Below, piece by piece: positions 13,301-26,628 of a DNA stretch of 64,000 nucleotides (the first letter of the stretch is position 1; every line of letters begins with the position of its first letter). A model generated the notes under the pieces. That model did not search any database and was not told the origin of the DNA. It was given only the letters and a program-made list of their open reading frames with translations. The DNA comes from Ptychomitrium polyphyllum (taxonomy: Eukaryota): NCBI GenBank assembly GCA_973851085.1, contig OZ316775.1:10478001-10542000 (forward strand), in the 5' to 3' direction. The position numbers and the translations under genes were made by a program.

Positions 13301-16069
13301 TGACTTTGATACTATTATTTTCCCCTCGCACCAGGCTTGCTACTGCATGAATTCCAACTATGTTAAGGCAGTCAAAGATGACCTTAATTGTCTCCTCACT
13401 GCAGGTTTTATTTCTCCAGTAGTGGAAGCGTCCTAGCTATCTCCCATGGTTGTTGTCCTCAAGAAAAACAAGAAACTTCGTATTTGTATAGATTTCTGTA
13501 GACTCAATGCCGCCACAAAATAAGACCCTTATTTCCTTCCGTTTACCGATGATGTTCTAGACTTGGTAGCTGGGTATCCAATGTATTCATCCCTTGATGG
13601 ATTTGTGGGTTATCATTAGATTCATATCCACCCGGACGACCGTCACAAAACCGCGTTTATTACAGAATGAGGAGCGTTTGTATAGATGGTTATGCCATTT
13701 GGACTTAAGAATGCATCTCCAACATACCAACGGGTAGTCAATCGTGCCTCCAAGGAGTATCTCGGCAATTTCATGAAAATCTTTTTGGACAACTTCAGCG
13801 TTTATAGCGACATTGATTCACACCTCGCTAAATTGCGCTTGTGCTTTCTCAAGTGTCGCAAATTTGGTATCAGCTCAATCTGGATAAATGCCTTTTTCTT
13901 GCCTATTATGGCGCTATTCTTGGCTATATCGTCTCCAAAGCCAGTAAATTCCATGATCCAACCAAAATTCAAGATTTAGCCAATATGCTCCCACCTCGAG
14001 ACATCAAAGAAATTCAGGTTTTTAACGGCATAGCCCAATTTAACCAATGCTTTATTTATAATTTTGCCGCCATCATGGCCCCCATTACCATATTCACAAG
14101 GATCAACGAGTTCTTTCACTAGACTACCAACTGTGCTATTGCTTACTCAAAAATCAAAGTTCGGTATGTATTGGCACCAATCCTCATTCCCGTAAACTAG
14201 CAACTAGAGTTCTGTATCCATACTAATGCCTCAAACCTCGCACTTGGTGCCATGCTCGCACAAAGCGCTACCAATCAAGTGGACCAACCCATTGCTTATG
14301 CATTCCGTCTATTTAGTAAGGCTAAGAAGCATTATACCACCACCAAACCGGAAGCATTGGCTATGGTGTACGCCATCAACAAATTCCGCCATTACCTATT
14401 GGACAACAATTTTGTTTTCTCTGTCAATCACATAGCCCTTATTTACTTAATCAACAAAATCCAAGTATCTGGTCGAATTGGTTGATGGTTGTTATTATTT
14501 ATGGAATTTGATTTTACTATGGTCTATAAACTTGGTAAAATTCACCTACTCTCATTAATAACAAACCCGTCAATCCTTTGGTATTTACAATTGACCCAAG
14601 TGGTTATATACCATCGCCAATTATCTCCATACCGGTAATTTTCTATTGACTACACTCTCGAACCCTACAAACGTTTAGCTTTTAAGGCTATCTCCTTCAC
14701 ACTTATTGGCAACATTCTTTACTGCCAAGGCAAAGATCTAATTTGTTGTTGTTGCGTATCTTCTACTGAGATACCACAGATCCTTACCAAACTCCACAAT
14801 GGCACTTTTGGTGGATACTTTTCAGTTAATAACATTGTTCAAAAAATCCAAGATGCCGGTTATTGGTGGCCAACTCAATACAAAGATACTTTCAATCATT
14901 GTCATACCTGTCCTATTTATCAATGAACTGGCAACTTTACAAAATCCATAAACACCAAATTAATTACATCTTTACTTGCCAAACCAATTATGAAATGGAG
15001 CTTGGATTTTATTGACCCTCTCACTTGAATCCGGCACCATGGTCATCAAGACATCCTCCTAGCTACCAATTATGCTACCAAGTGGGTCAAAGCCATTGCC
15101 TTGAAAGGCAACACCGCCCTCAAAACTGCCTGGTTCCTCTACAAAAACATCCTCACGTGCTTTGGCTATCCCCTCCACATTATTAGCGACCAAGGCGTCC
15201 ATTTCAACAACCTGGTAATCTAAACTCTAATGGAACATTTCCTAATTAAATACACAACATCAATAACATACTATCCCCAAGGAAACAGACAGATTGAGTC
15301 TACAAACATGGTTATTCTCAACATGCTCCAAAAACTTGTCAATGAGCTCCAAATAGATTTGGACATTCACCTTTCTAGAACCATGTTTGTCTACCGGACT
15401 GCGTACAAAACAACTACCAATCATTCTCCTTTCTAATTTCTATACGGCCTACTTCCCTATATGTATACCAAATATCTAAGACCATCAAGGCACATTACAA
15501 TGGATCTGTGATCAACTTACCATGGCTCAAGGTAAGAATATTATATTTTAGCTTGATAATTATATTCTTTGGTATCCAAAAGGAGCTATGGTAAACCAAA
15601 AAAAAAACTCATAAACTAAAAAACAAGTAGTATGGTCCTTATCGCGTCAAATACCTGCTACCAAACAATACCGTCCTACTTGTAGCCTTAGACCACTTTG
15701 ATCTTGATCTTGTCATTGTAAATGTAAATAAACTCAAACCGTATAGATATATCAATGATACTCAAATCCGCCTACCCGTAGCTCCTGACCCATCTAAATC
15801 CGTCATTTAAGCGGCGGATCTTAATGATGACAGTTTATGCCAAGACTCAGTACTTGTCATGATGGTTTAGATTGGCCATTACAACGGCCGCCTACCCAAA
15901 CCAATTCATCATTCTTCCCGCCGCCACTCCAATCTTAACGGTCCCGCCCAATTTTTCTTTTTTTCCTCGTCTATTTCATAATCCTTTTCACATTTTTCCC
16001 TCACATTTAATTTCTCTTCTTCCTTACTTTGGTTGTATATTGCTCTTCTTCTCTCTTTTGCCTTTAGCT

Positions 16070-17880
16070 ATGGAGGCCACCAAGTAGAAGTCTACGCCAG
16101 TCCGTAGTCACGCTTTAGATTGTTTGGTAGGCGGGGTATGGAGAAAAGTGATTATGACACCCATGAACCACTTATATTCATGGACAGTCTACACTATTGA
16201 TACTGTTACCAAATTCCAATTCCTTCATGATATAGGACTTTTAGATTATATCCAACTCACCTGGAATCAATTTCTAACTCATACTAATTTTGTTTTAAAA
16301 TTCTCAAAAATCGCCGTGGAAAAAGATGGCAATGGTTTCTTCATAACCATTTCCGGTAAACAAATCTTTCTCACAACCGGCATAATTCACAATGTTCTTC
16401 ATCTCAAAGACAAATCGGTAAATACCGTTCTTTCATCAGTAGTACCTGTTCAATTCTTAGAAGTTATTGACTCTATATCAAGAACAAAGGAGGGTTGGGA
16501 GATCCAACAAGGATCCAAGCATTTGGTTTCCTACAAGCATGGTATTTTTCAAGGCATATTTTTTCAAAAAAATGTCACCTATATGTCAGATAAAAATGTT
16601 CATTTTCTATCACTACTAACCAACTTAGCTACTGGCCCTGACCAATGGGCATGGCTCACTATTGTATACAATAGCCTAGCCGCTAAACTTTCAGAAATTC
16701 AAAATGGCACAGTCTCATTTTGCACTACCGTCAAGATTTGGCACAAACTCCTTTCTTTGTTGATAGATACCGCATTTTAGTCTGATTCTTTGGCAGATAC
16801 TGCTTCTATTGAGCCATGCTCTCAACCACCAAAAGCACAAACTATCAATCCTACTGATGCAGGATCCTCTAGAATGCAAACCCGGTTCCAAACCACACCC
16901 GCCTCCGGCGTCCAATGCGCCCAGAAGTTCCTTTAGAACCTTATACAGAAATATTGCAAGCGCCAAATCCATTGGACATTCCACGCATCAACTTTGATAC
17001 CATCAACCCACATGACTCCCTCTAATCCGCATACTTCCCAACCTCCTTCTTTGGTCTCTATTCCTACTCTTACTCCTCATCCCTCCTAATCATTTCCTCC
17101 TATTGAAATACTCGTAGTTGACCAAAGTACTAGACATCCTTCTCCACACATCATTCTTCTAGTATCCAAGTACCCCATGCCGCTTGCTTCTACCCTTCTT
17201 CCTACATCTACTCCAACCTCTACTTCTGCTAATCCTCTTTTTTTTCCCAAACCTCCTACCAATATTTCAGTCTCCAATCTCTCTTCCACTATTACACTCC
17301 AATCTACCAACTATACCCACAACATCTCCTACATAGACCATAACTTACAGAACCTTCAAAAAGTTATATAACATCAGTTAAAGATTCTACCGCTATTGAT
17401 AGAAGCTCATGCCAGTTTTGAGCAATTAGCCTTACAAGCCAAATCCGTCATTGATGAACGTGACCGGTTGACCGAGCAACTTCAATTATTGTTACGGAAT
17501 TACAAGACCTCCAAACAAACGTTACACTACCAAAAAATCCAGGTCCAATCTTTGACATTGGAACAAGACTACAATTAGCGACTGATTCACATGCAGCAGC
17601 AATTCATTACCAAGCTCACTTTAAAACTCAACCTCATACAGAAGGATCTAAGCGATCTTTGTCAGCAGCTCCATCCCAATACCGGATTTCAACAGCAGGT
17701 TAATCAATTCACTATTAAATGCGCGCAATACCGATAGTAGGCAAAGACTAGCGAGGTCTTCCATTGCCAAATGGACTACCAACATCAAAAGGCATGCAAA
17801 CGACTCACAAAGAATTGCTAACGCCTCTACAATGCCTACACCACAACCTACAACTAGAATGCCATTATTCACCATTACCA
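16070..17880 (+). pseudogene. Decayed additional ORF between integrase and 3' LTR (globular N-terminal domain, P/S/T-rich linker, coiled-coil-like end)
   Basis: ATG at 16070 is in frame with the 218-aa ORF 16124-16780. A Pro/Ser/Thr-rich tract follows (16800-17330), then a Q/L/E-rich heptad-like segment (17396-17578). Confidence 0.6.
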
Positions 17881-18292
17881 ACAGAGCTTTCTAGGATGGA
17901 AAGATGCTCATCCGGTACTGGACTCTCCTGTCTCTTTTAGTATACATGACTTGGATGATGAATATTTTGCAAGTCTAAATTTAGCCATTTATGAATCCTT
18001 GCCTAAAAGTGTCCGGACTTCTCCATTACCTACTACTTCTTGTCTCTTACCGCTTGACACCAATCTCCATGTTCTCCCATCTTCTATTATTTCTACTACC
18101 AATCTCTCTATTCCATCTACCTAACGCCAACTTCTTCCTATTCCTTTCTTTGATGCTACTATACCAACCTCTCCACCCCATTCTGCTCTATCTTCAGCTT
18201 GCCAAACACCTTGCCGCTTTCAACTTCAAGAGATGTCTAAGTAGATCAATTTTTGTGTTTTTAGGAGTTAACTTAGTTTAGAAGGGGGATAA

Positions 18293-18589
18293 TGTTACTA
18301 GGCTACTAGGTGTTATATCCGATACTACCAGACTTTCTCTACCGCTCTCCCCCTATCGGTACTACCAAACATCCTTCAATGGTAACAATTGAATGATAAG
18401 AAGTAATCTATTAGTTTAAACAAACAAATGTAGATCCACTTTTGTAGGATCTTGGATCTAATACTCAAACCCTCAACCAAAAGAGTTGAAGGTGTGTTGT
18501 ATTTTGTTTTCTTCCAATGAAATAAGTTATATGCACTATTCTTTTTCTTTATCAATTTTATCTTTGAGTGTATATTTATATGCAAGCTT
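18293..18589 (+). repeat. 3' LTR of the second Gypsy element (3' end truncated)
   Basis: Starts tgttac directly after the PPT. Similarity to the 5' LTR stops at caagctt (18589). Confidence 0.85.
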
Positions 18590-19874
18590 GTCTATCCTAG
18601 CAAGTTCTATAGTAGTTTATAGATACTCTTTCATACTACTATGTCTTTTCCATTTGGTAGTATGAATTATAAACTCATATATAATAATTTTCTCTAATTT
18701 ATATGATCCAATAAGGAATTACCTAGTCTTAGGATACTTGGTAGTTACCAATTCCAATATTGGTGTAGCTGACTTTTATTAGACAAGGATTTGTATTGCA
18801 AAACTATTAAGCTATTGTTCACTTAGTAGTTATTAATCTCAATTGTTACCTACCTTAATAAAATTCTTAAACAACAATTTTTCCATTATAATGAACAACA
18901 AGCACAATTAGAACACCTAGGTGCCAAGCTCCTGAGTAGTAAAGAGGATTCAGGGAATGATGGTGGAAAAATGGATTGCAAAGAACAAATAGGAATGGAA
19001 AAGGGGCCAGCCGAGGTGCAAATTGTTGGAAATTTGGAGTTTAAGGTCCCTAGCAACCAAGGACGTTGAAGACCTTGTTGATTAGGGCTTCTTCTATGGC
19101 CTTATAAGTATGAATAGAATATCCAATTGATCATTTGATTTTTTGTTAGCCTGTCAAAAAAATATATACAAAATAAATAGCCTCATATTAGCGCAATCCG
19201 TACTGACTACTCGCAGCAAAATGAAAAGGAGGTGCATGATTACAATTCCCAGGCTGGTTCCATCATTCACAGATCATACAAGTTTTATAATGAAGGGTAT
19301 CATGCCTTAGCCCTATTGAATCCTGTATAATAGATTAAGTGATTTCTAGAATAAATTATACAGCTTGATTTGGAGTTGTCAGTAAGTATTAGGAACAGGA
19401 GCTTCTACTGTTGTCTTGGATTTCTGAATCCAATTACTGAACGCAATAACAATAGAACATCCAAGCCGGGATCTAAAATCCTGGCACATTCAATGTGCAT
19501 ACGATTCAAGAAGCTTCAAGCTCCCCATCCATAGTCACTTGAGTCAATGGAGAATATCTCCAAATGAATTCTCTGGCATTGACAATCAAGGTAAAGACAT
19601 CCTTGCCTTGAGTAAAGCCTGAAGAAATGAAAGGTGAAAGTTCTTGAATCACTGAAATTGGTAGGGCCTAGTGGGTTTTGAATGTCAAGTTTCTCCATAC
19701 TAGCTATTGTGGAGAGTGAATCACCAGAGAATTGTGCAGTACCTTCTTGTAAGACCAACCATATTATGCACATGTATTGGTAGTACCTAGCATGCTACAA
19801 ACTAGAAGAAACTTGCTGCAATTCTTCATATATACCCAAGCCAGTGATCTGATCTAGGAACGTGGCAAGCTAAG

Positions 19875-22800
19875 ATGGATGAACTAGACATGAAGCGTCA
19901 ACAATGGTCACCGTAGTTTTCTGGGCTGGTCATCTCCATGATAGTTGTATTCCTCTTCTTTGGCTCTGGTAGCATTTTTTTTGGCATTATAGACCAGGCA
20001 ACAAACGTGATGTACGTAGACAATCAATATACGTTTTCAATTGCTTGATATGATTCTGTATCCTTCTAGATGAAATTTTAGATGGTGACAAAATTATCAG
20101 ATCAAAATTGCTGTTTGGAATGATCTCAAATTAGTTGGATCTTCTGGATCTTACTTCTTGGGCGTTTCTCAATAAGGTCATAGCACAATGTCAACATGGT
20201 CATGTTTATTTGTGATAAGTATCTCAGTTCTTCCAATATTTTTTTTAATATGTAGTTCACATAAAGTTTTTACTTGCACATGATGGAGGACATCTAAGTC
20301 AATGAAATTCCTAAGTTATTTGTGTGTACAGTAAATTTCCACAGCAACAACCGATTTTAGGTCATAGAGTTCAAGATCTATGATATAGGATTATTTTAGG
20401 GGTCTTTGAAATAGAGTATAAGAAAATTGAACATAGAACTCATTGTGATAAAAATTGATTAATATTTAAATATATTTAACCTAAACTAATCACTTTGCTG
20501 GTTGTAATAAATGCACCATAAGTAATTTGGAGAGCATGGAAATTGAGTAATCCGGCGCTAAATCTGCTTGGTTGGAGCTTAACGCAACTATATCCGTGCA
20601 AAAGTCTATCTAGTTGAAATTCTACAATTTCTAGTTGGCAAGAGTGTTGTGCAAAATACGCTGTTAAGTTGGAATTTCAATCTACAATTTGGATATAATT
20701 GCTCTGCAAGAGTTCTTCTATTTTTTCTTGGTAACTCAATGTGACAATGAATTTAGGCACTCTGGTTACATTTGTAATTAGAAATTTCACAAGTATAAGC
20801 CAGAATTCATATACTAGCATACACTAGTCTTATTTAATCTAGCTCTAGATGTGTAGGAATAGTTACAATGAATCTTCTCCTACAAATGATACCTTTGCGC
20901 CATGAGAGTAATGTCTAAATTTGTTTGTCGTTCCTTTAAAATTGACTTGGTATTGCACAAGATGAACTATGATATGTCTAATATGCACTCTTATTGTACA
21001 TGTCTCTATCCAATGCTTCCATTGCAGGTATGTTGCTAGGAGACATTGGAGAGATAAACTAATTAACTACTTTGTAATTCCTTCAAATGATTTGTTGTGG
21101 ATAAACAGAGTTTGGCAAATTTATCCATATTAAGAGTTTGGTTTTGATGAACAGAGCTTGGTGCTCTTCTTACTCTCAATCAATGTTTTCGATAGGCCAA
21201 GCAAACCTAAAGGTTTTGGAACTATTTTCCTTTCAATAAGTCTCCCTTGTCCTAGTTTGAAATCTCCTTTCCATGGCCAAGTTGCACCAAAATTAAGTAG
21301 TGTTATATTATCAGATTTAGAAGAAGGTTGAACTTTAAGAAGAGAGTAAGGTTTAATAACTCTTCATATCATTCTAATTGTGCTTGCGTGCATTGCAGAA
21401 ATCATTGTTTGATAGAAACCATTTAAAGAGGTTCAATTTAATACTTTGATCTATTAAAATTTTGACAAATAATTTGATTAACTTCATTGCTGAACAGTAC
21501 ATGCAAGGATCTTCATGACAATGGTTTCAACGGAACTATTCCATCTATATTCCAGGAACTTTGGAATCTTTTGCAATTGTGAGTTTCTTCGCATCTCTGA
21601 AGAGTCTGCGTGATTATACTTACATTTCTGCCCTAAATATTGAGAGTTTACTGCTGCAGTGTAACTAGTCATAAAACAGCTCAAGTTTACCAGCCTCAAT
21701 TAATATCCAAATTAGCTTGCTAGAAGAAGGTATTTAATTCTTGTATAGAGAGTTCATTACGTTTGTGATAGTGACATGGATTGTTATTATGAACATCTTG
21801 CACTCTGCTAATATTCAAATGTTGCATATTGGTAATCAACAGGGACTTAAGTGGAAATAAATTCACCAAAGATTATCCATACGAGCAATTTACAGGAGCT
21901 TTGCCTAATTTAAGTCGCTTGAAGAAACTTATACATCTGTAAGCTCCAATTTCCGGTCCTAGTCATTATGCCAAACAAGTAAACTAAAGTCAGATAACTT
22001 GGCTTCAAAAGTACATAATTCTTCTAGCTATTGGCGCTTGTGAAATTAATCCAAAATGGTGGAAAATGAAAATGTAAGGATGTCTCTGGAAAGTTTGAGG
22101 GTTGTCTACTAGATCTTATCCATTTCCCATCTCTAAGTACTGCGTAAGTATGGATTGTTAATCATTTGACTTCTTTTTGTTTAGTGTTTGCAATATTCTT
22201 ATAGAATGCTTTGTGGTTGTGGAACTCAGAAGCGAGCAGTCAAGCGTATCTAATTGCACAATTAATTGTGCACGAGGTAATAGATTATTGGAGTTCTGAA
22301 ATTGCATTGTCAAAGGTTTGTTCACTTTGGCTAATAGCACAATTGGATGTATAAGTGATACAAAAATTTAGGCATGAATAACTTCACTATTGAAATGCCA
22401 CATTTACTTGATGTCTTTTGGAAAGTGAACGAAGTACTGCAATGACTACGCTAAACCTGTCCTACAAGCAACTAGCAAGTCACCTTTCATTCTGTAGTTT
22501 CCAATAACTCTAGTTCCATTCAAGAACTGTAAGTCGCACACTGCAATCCTCTTGTCAATATTCATTAAACCATACATGTTAGCACAACACAACAGTGGTT
22601 TTTTTGTAGTACTTAAATTCAAGCATTGTCAGCTTTGCTAAGTCATTCAGAAGTTAATCCATAACTCTATTTATAAACTATTGGGAGTAGACTGATATTA
22701 AAGGGATGCTAAAGGAAGGCAAATGTGAAGGTCAGCAAGTGTCCTTTCAATGTGTGTAAATATCTTTCAGATTTTTGAACGGCAATATACTATTCCTTAT

Positions 22801-23795
22801 GGGTTTAAAATAATTATCCAATTGAAGAATATTAATAATCCAGAGAACATTCTCAAAACAAAATTTAAAAGGCTAATATATTGATATTCTAAGGATAAAT
22901 ATGTTGTGAATAATTTAGTCTTGAAAGATTGACACAATACTGCCCACTATTGCTTATAAATATTTGGACAACAACACACTTTCAGGAACCCTTAACATTT
23001 CAAAAATGTTAGAATAGAGGTTACTGCAATACAAAACCTTTGTTGGTTATTTCCAAGGACTAAGAATAATGAGTCTGAAAAACAATAGCATCAAGCATGT
23101 AATATGTAACAATTATATCATCACAAACATCACTACTGACTTCATGTAAATGACTTATGGTTCTTGAGTCGTTTGCATCTAAAGCCATAGATACAAAAGC
23201 ACCCCAGGGACCATCAAAGTGGTGTTAAGTTCTGTTTGCTATCCAACATCATGTGGGTGTTCCTTCTAAGCAAGGTCTCTAGTGCAATGGTGATGATTAA
23301 AATTGTAGACTATAAGAAAATTTGTATTGTGACAAGTATGACTCTGACAACAATGGCCAGAGATGCTTTTGTATTCAAATTTGCTTTGTAGCATCAGGTA
23401 AATATGTGGTTCATGACATTCTGTAAATCTATATCCGACAATACATGTCATTTCTACTACCATTGTGATTCAAGCATCTAAATGCCTAGCTTTCAAAAGG
23501 TTTCACAATTCATACAAGCTTTAGAAAGACAATCAAGTACTGACTTAGGACTGGTAGAGTTTAAGTTTTGAAATTTCTTGTAGTATAATTGCAGATCATG
23601 TAACTGCATCAGTCTTGAGATTGAAGTTGTAGACACCGTTTGTGAATTGTTTTGTTTGTGATACACATAAACAACAGGACATGGACTTTTATTTTACAGC
23701 TCCATTGGACCACCAAAGAATAGCCATTATTAGAGGAGCTAGCAGTGTGGTTGCGGTGGTACTCATATTGTTTCTTCATGCATTGAATATTTGGT
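19875..23795 (+). pseudogene. Decayed LRR receptor-like kinase: signal peptide, LRR exons and transmembrane exon
   Basis: Hydrophobic N-terminus (FSGLVISMIVVFLFFG, ~19920). Short LRR exons ending at GT donors: DLHDNGFNGTIPSIFQELWNLLQL (~21508) and DLSGNKFT...FTGALPNLSRLKKLIHL (~21844). Further LRR segments at ~22370 and YLDNNTLSGTL (~22961). TM IAIIRGASSVVAVVLILF (~23720-23775). Stops and frameshifts throughout. Confidence 0.75.
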
Positions 23796-23801
23796 GATGT
23801 G
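23775..23801 (+). repeat. 27-bp direct repeat, right copy (TSD-like)
   Basis: ttcatgcattgaatatttggtgatgtg is 25/27 identical to 2402-2428. Confidence 0.85.
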
Positions 23802-24169
23802 TTCTTTCATCCATTTTTCATATATCAAGTTTTTGTCTAATCATTCCTGACCTTTGTTTCCAGCACGTTCCCAAATGTCCAACAATATGTTCACTCACGT
23901 TGTCAAATTTCCATAATGTTCCCTCCAAGTTCCAAACGGGATCCCATATTCTCTATGCTACCATTCTTTCCCATAAGTTCCCATAGATTACCAAGAAATT
24001 GCACCAGTCTCTGATACGTTCTCAAAGTTCCATATACGTTTCTCATATATCCAGTATGCAAGAATTTGACCTTCAAAGTTTCTTCTTGCTCTATCTGTTG
24101 TGTTCTGTCTGCTGGTGCATTGCAATAAGTTTCTTGCTAGTAAACTGATATTTTGATTGGGATTTGCAG

Positions 24170-24460
24170 ACTATCTTGTGGAGTAGGCCCATGGGCATGT
24201 TCCAGTTCGAGGCGTTTGCCAAAGGCACCACAGGAGTAGCTCAAGCCTTGGCTAAATTGACAAAGGGGCGTCCCATTACCATCATTGGTGGAGGTGACTC
24301 TGATGGAGCTGTACAACAAGTTGGACTAGCTGAGAAAAGAAGGCATGTATCAACTGGAGGTGTTACTAGTCTTGAGGCGTTGGAAGGCAAGGTCCTCCTT
24401 AAAATCGTTGCCTTGGATGATATTATCCTACCCCGCATACAGGGTTGGTTTAACACTTGA
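24170..24460 (+). pseudogene. PGK: Phosphoglycerate kinase pseudogene, last exon
   Basis: After a tgcag acceptor: TILWSRPMGMFQFEAFAKGT...TIIGGGDS...HVSTGGVTSLEALEGKVL, the PGK C-terminus. It continues from where the 2261-2330 exon stops. Conserved WNGP reads WSRP. Confidence 0.9.
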
Positions 24461-25460
24461 AACATGCATTATCCAACAAGTATCTTTTGAAATCACTTGC
24501 TGGCGAAAAGACTTTCTTTCCTTAAAACTTTCTATATCACAATTGCAAAATTGCAGGAGAATAGTATAAGAATTTTTACAATGCAACAAGGTAGCGTTAA
24601 TGTTCAAGGATGCGATCTGTCCTGTTTAGTAGGTAGATTGTGGAACAAAAATGAAAGTTGGAGGAACTCAATGTGGGATGCTTGTTTATTTTTAAATCAC
24701 ATTTCAGAATTCCAAATTTTTGTTGGAAGTGAATTAGAAGATGTGACTGCCCTGTATAAGACGGATGTGGTGAAGAGATGCAATTTATATATAATGTTTT
24801 TTATATACTTCTGTGTCTTCTCTAACAAATTATCTTCTCCCATCCATTTCACCAGGCAGACATTGTGCACACCGACACTTGTGATAATGTCCGGTGATTT
24901 TTTGTAACTTCATCATGATGGTGCAAGTGTTGTTGCATTATGAAGTATGTGGTAGTAGTTAATCATGAGATTATAAAAAATATCCTAACAATAAAACCTA
25001 TGAAGTCCTTGTAGTACCAAAGTAGATTTTGTTTTTAGAGTTTTTTTCTTAGAATTCCTTTTCATGACCTTGGAATCGTTTCTCCTTACCTAACATATTG
25101 TCAATGTAGTCAATTTGAAACTAAAAATCTTGTATTTCATAAAATCTTGCCTTCCTCAAGGTTCATGTAATGTCCAAATCACCAAAAGGCTTAATTCTGA
25201 AGATTGCTAAACATAAATTTAGACATGTCAATTTGCTTCATATCAATTGTCATTAATATTCACACATCATAGCACTTCTCCGTGTAATAAAATTGTCGCT
25301 TGGTACGTTCTAACTTAGTGGAGTCTCATAAATCAGTTTTTTACATAACTGAGAGAAATTGAAACAATATATACCACATTCATATTGTTTCACTTGCAGT
25401 GATCACTAAGTACATGTGCCCACAACAAAGTGTCATGTGAAGCTTAAGGTGAAACCACCA

Positions 25461-25563
25461 AGAAGTGACCAGGATCCAAAATCGCCCACATATTAACTAG
25501 ACTTTGGTTGTAGAATCTACTGTGTCCCAACATGTGGGTGATTTTGGATCTGGTCAATTTTCT
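25461..25563. ncRNA. Candidate pre-miRNA-like hairpin (or tiny foldback element)
   Basis: 25466-25494 (tgaccaggatccaaaatcgcccacatatt) pairs with 25529-25556 (aacatgtgggtgattttggatctggtca). One bulge, one mismatch, one G:U; loop ~34 nt. Confidence 0.4.
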
Positions 25564-26628
25564 CTTAAACCATAATCTTATCAGCAACCCCTGATGCAAG
25601 GCATGTATTCCCACATCCAGTATACTACCGTGACTGTACTTGAAGAAATTCAACAATACATTTTATTCTCTTAACAATAATCCTTTCAAAATAAGCTTTT
25701 TATTTTTGCAAAACAACACAAAGTAACCAATCAAAACAAAAACAAAAACAGACATGTAGTGTTTGCTATTGAACCCAGTTTCTTAGAAATCAAAAACCCA
25801 ACCAGATAGAATACAACCTACTCCAAGATCACCCAACGCACAAAATCTGGACATCGCTAGAGCCGGTTCAATTAACACTGATAATCACAAGAATATTAGC
25901 TCAGTTTACCAAATTCTACTGGTATCTAATATCACCCCAAAGCACAAGTGGCAGCGTCTGAACTAACCCAAACCTCCAAATACAAGCCCATACTGGGCCC
26001 CAGTAACTCCCAGTCTCCAAGAGTGCCAGCCCCAGTGCCATCACTCCAGCTCCCCAGTTTACTCCAGTTTCCAATGCCTTCCCTTTGGTTGCAGCGATGC
26101 AACTCCACCTACCTCCCAGCTCCTGTCTCTCCCCTTCAACTTGGGAGTACTCCTGGATGAGTTTATGGATCATGATAGCGGTGAAGCGTGAGTTCTGATC
26201 TTAGTACTGAACCGTACTTGAGAATCTCGGAACTGATACACAACAAAGTGCATTACAAGGCAGACTCAGATCGTGTTCCATTCAACGCAGGACTCATTCC
26301 AGCTGAGTTCAGTTCTCATCATTTTCAAGCACTGCAGGGATCCAAACTCGCTCACGTTCTTTCGTTATTTGAGTCTCATCGGCTAGGTGTCCTTCTCTCT
26401 GGGATTCTCAAGAGTGCCAGGGGTGAACAGCGAGTTTGATTTGTGCCACTATCCTGGTCTACCCAGTGTGTACCATTAGTAGTTTTTTGCTACTTGGTGA
26501 TTAGCCTCAGTACAGTGCACCAAGCTTCAATGTGCTATTATTAGTTGTTTGGACAATCAATTAGTTGCAAATTTTGGTCGGGATTTGAAGGCTAAGTTTC
26601 TAGCTTTTGAAAAAAATTATGGTCCAAG

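Larger units (their letters stand above)
10070..18589 (+). mobile_element. Degenerate non-chromoviral Ty3/Gypsy LTR retrotransposon (Phygy/Athila-Tat-like) with an extra 3' ORF
   Basis: LTRs at 10070-~10383 and 18293-18589, both starting tgtta. PBS-like tggcgacca at 10386 and PPT agaagggggataa at 18280-18292. Zn knuckle CHVCGSIDHPGHQC (~11970), protease VFINGGS, RT MPFGLKNA/FLDNFS, RNase H, integrase YYPQGNRQIE. No chromodomain. Confidence 0.9.

Noticed and set aside
23860..24060. Degenerate gttccc/ttccca repeats in the PGK intron
   Set aside because: Low-complexity decayed simple repeat with no definable unit or element ends.
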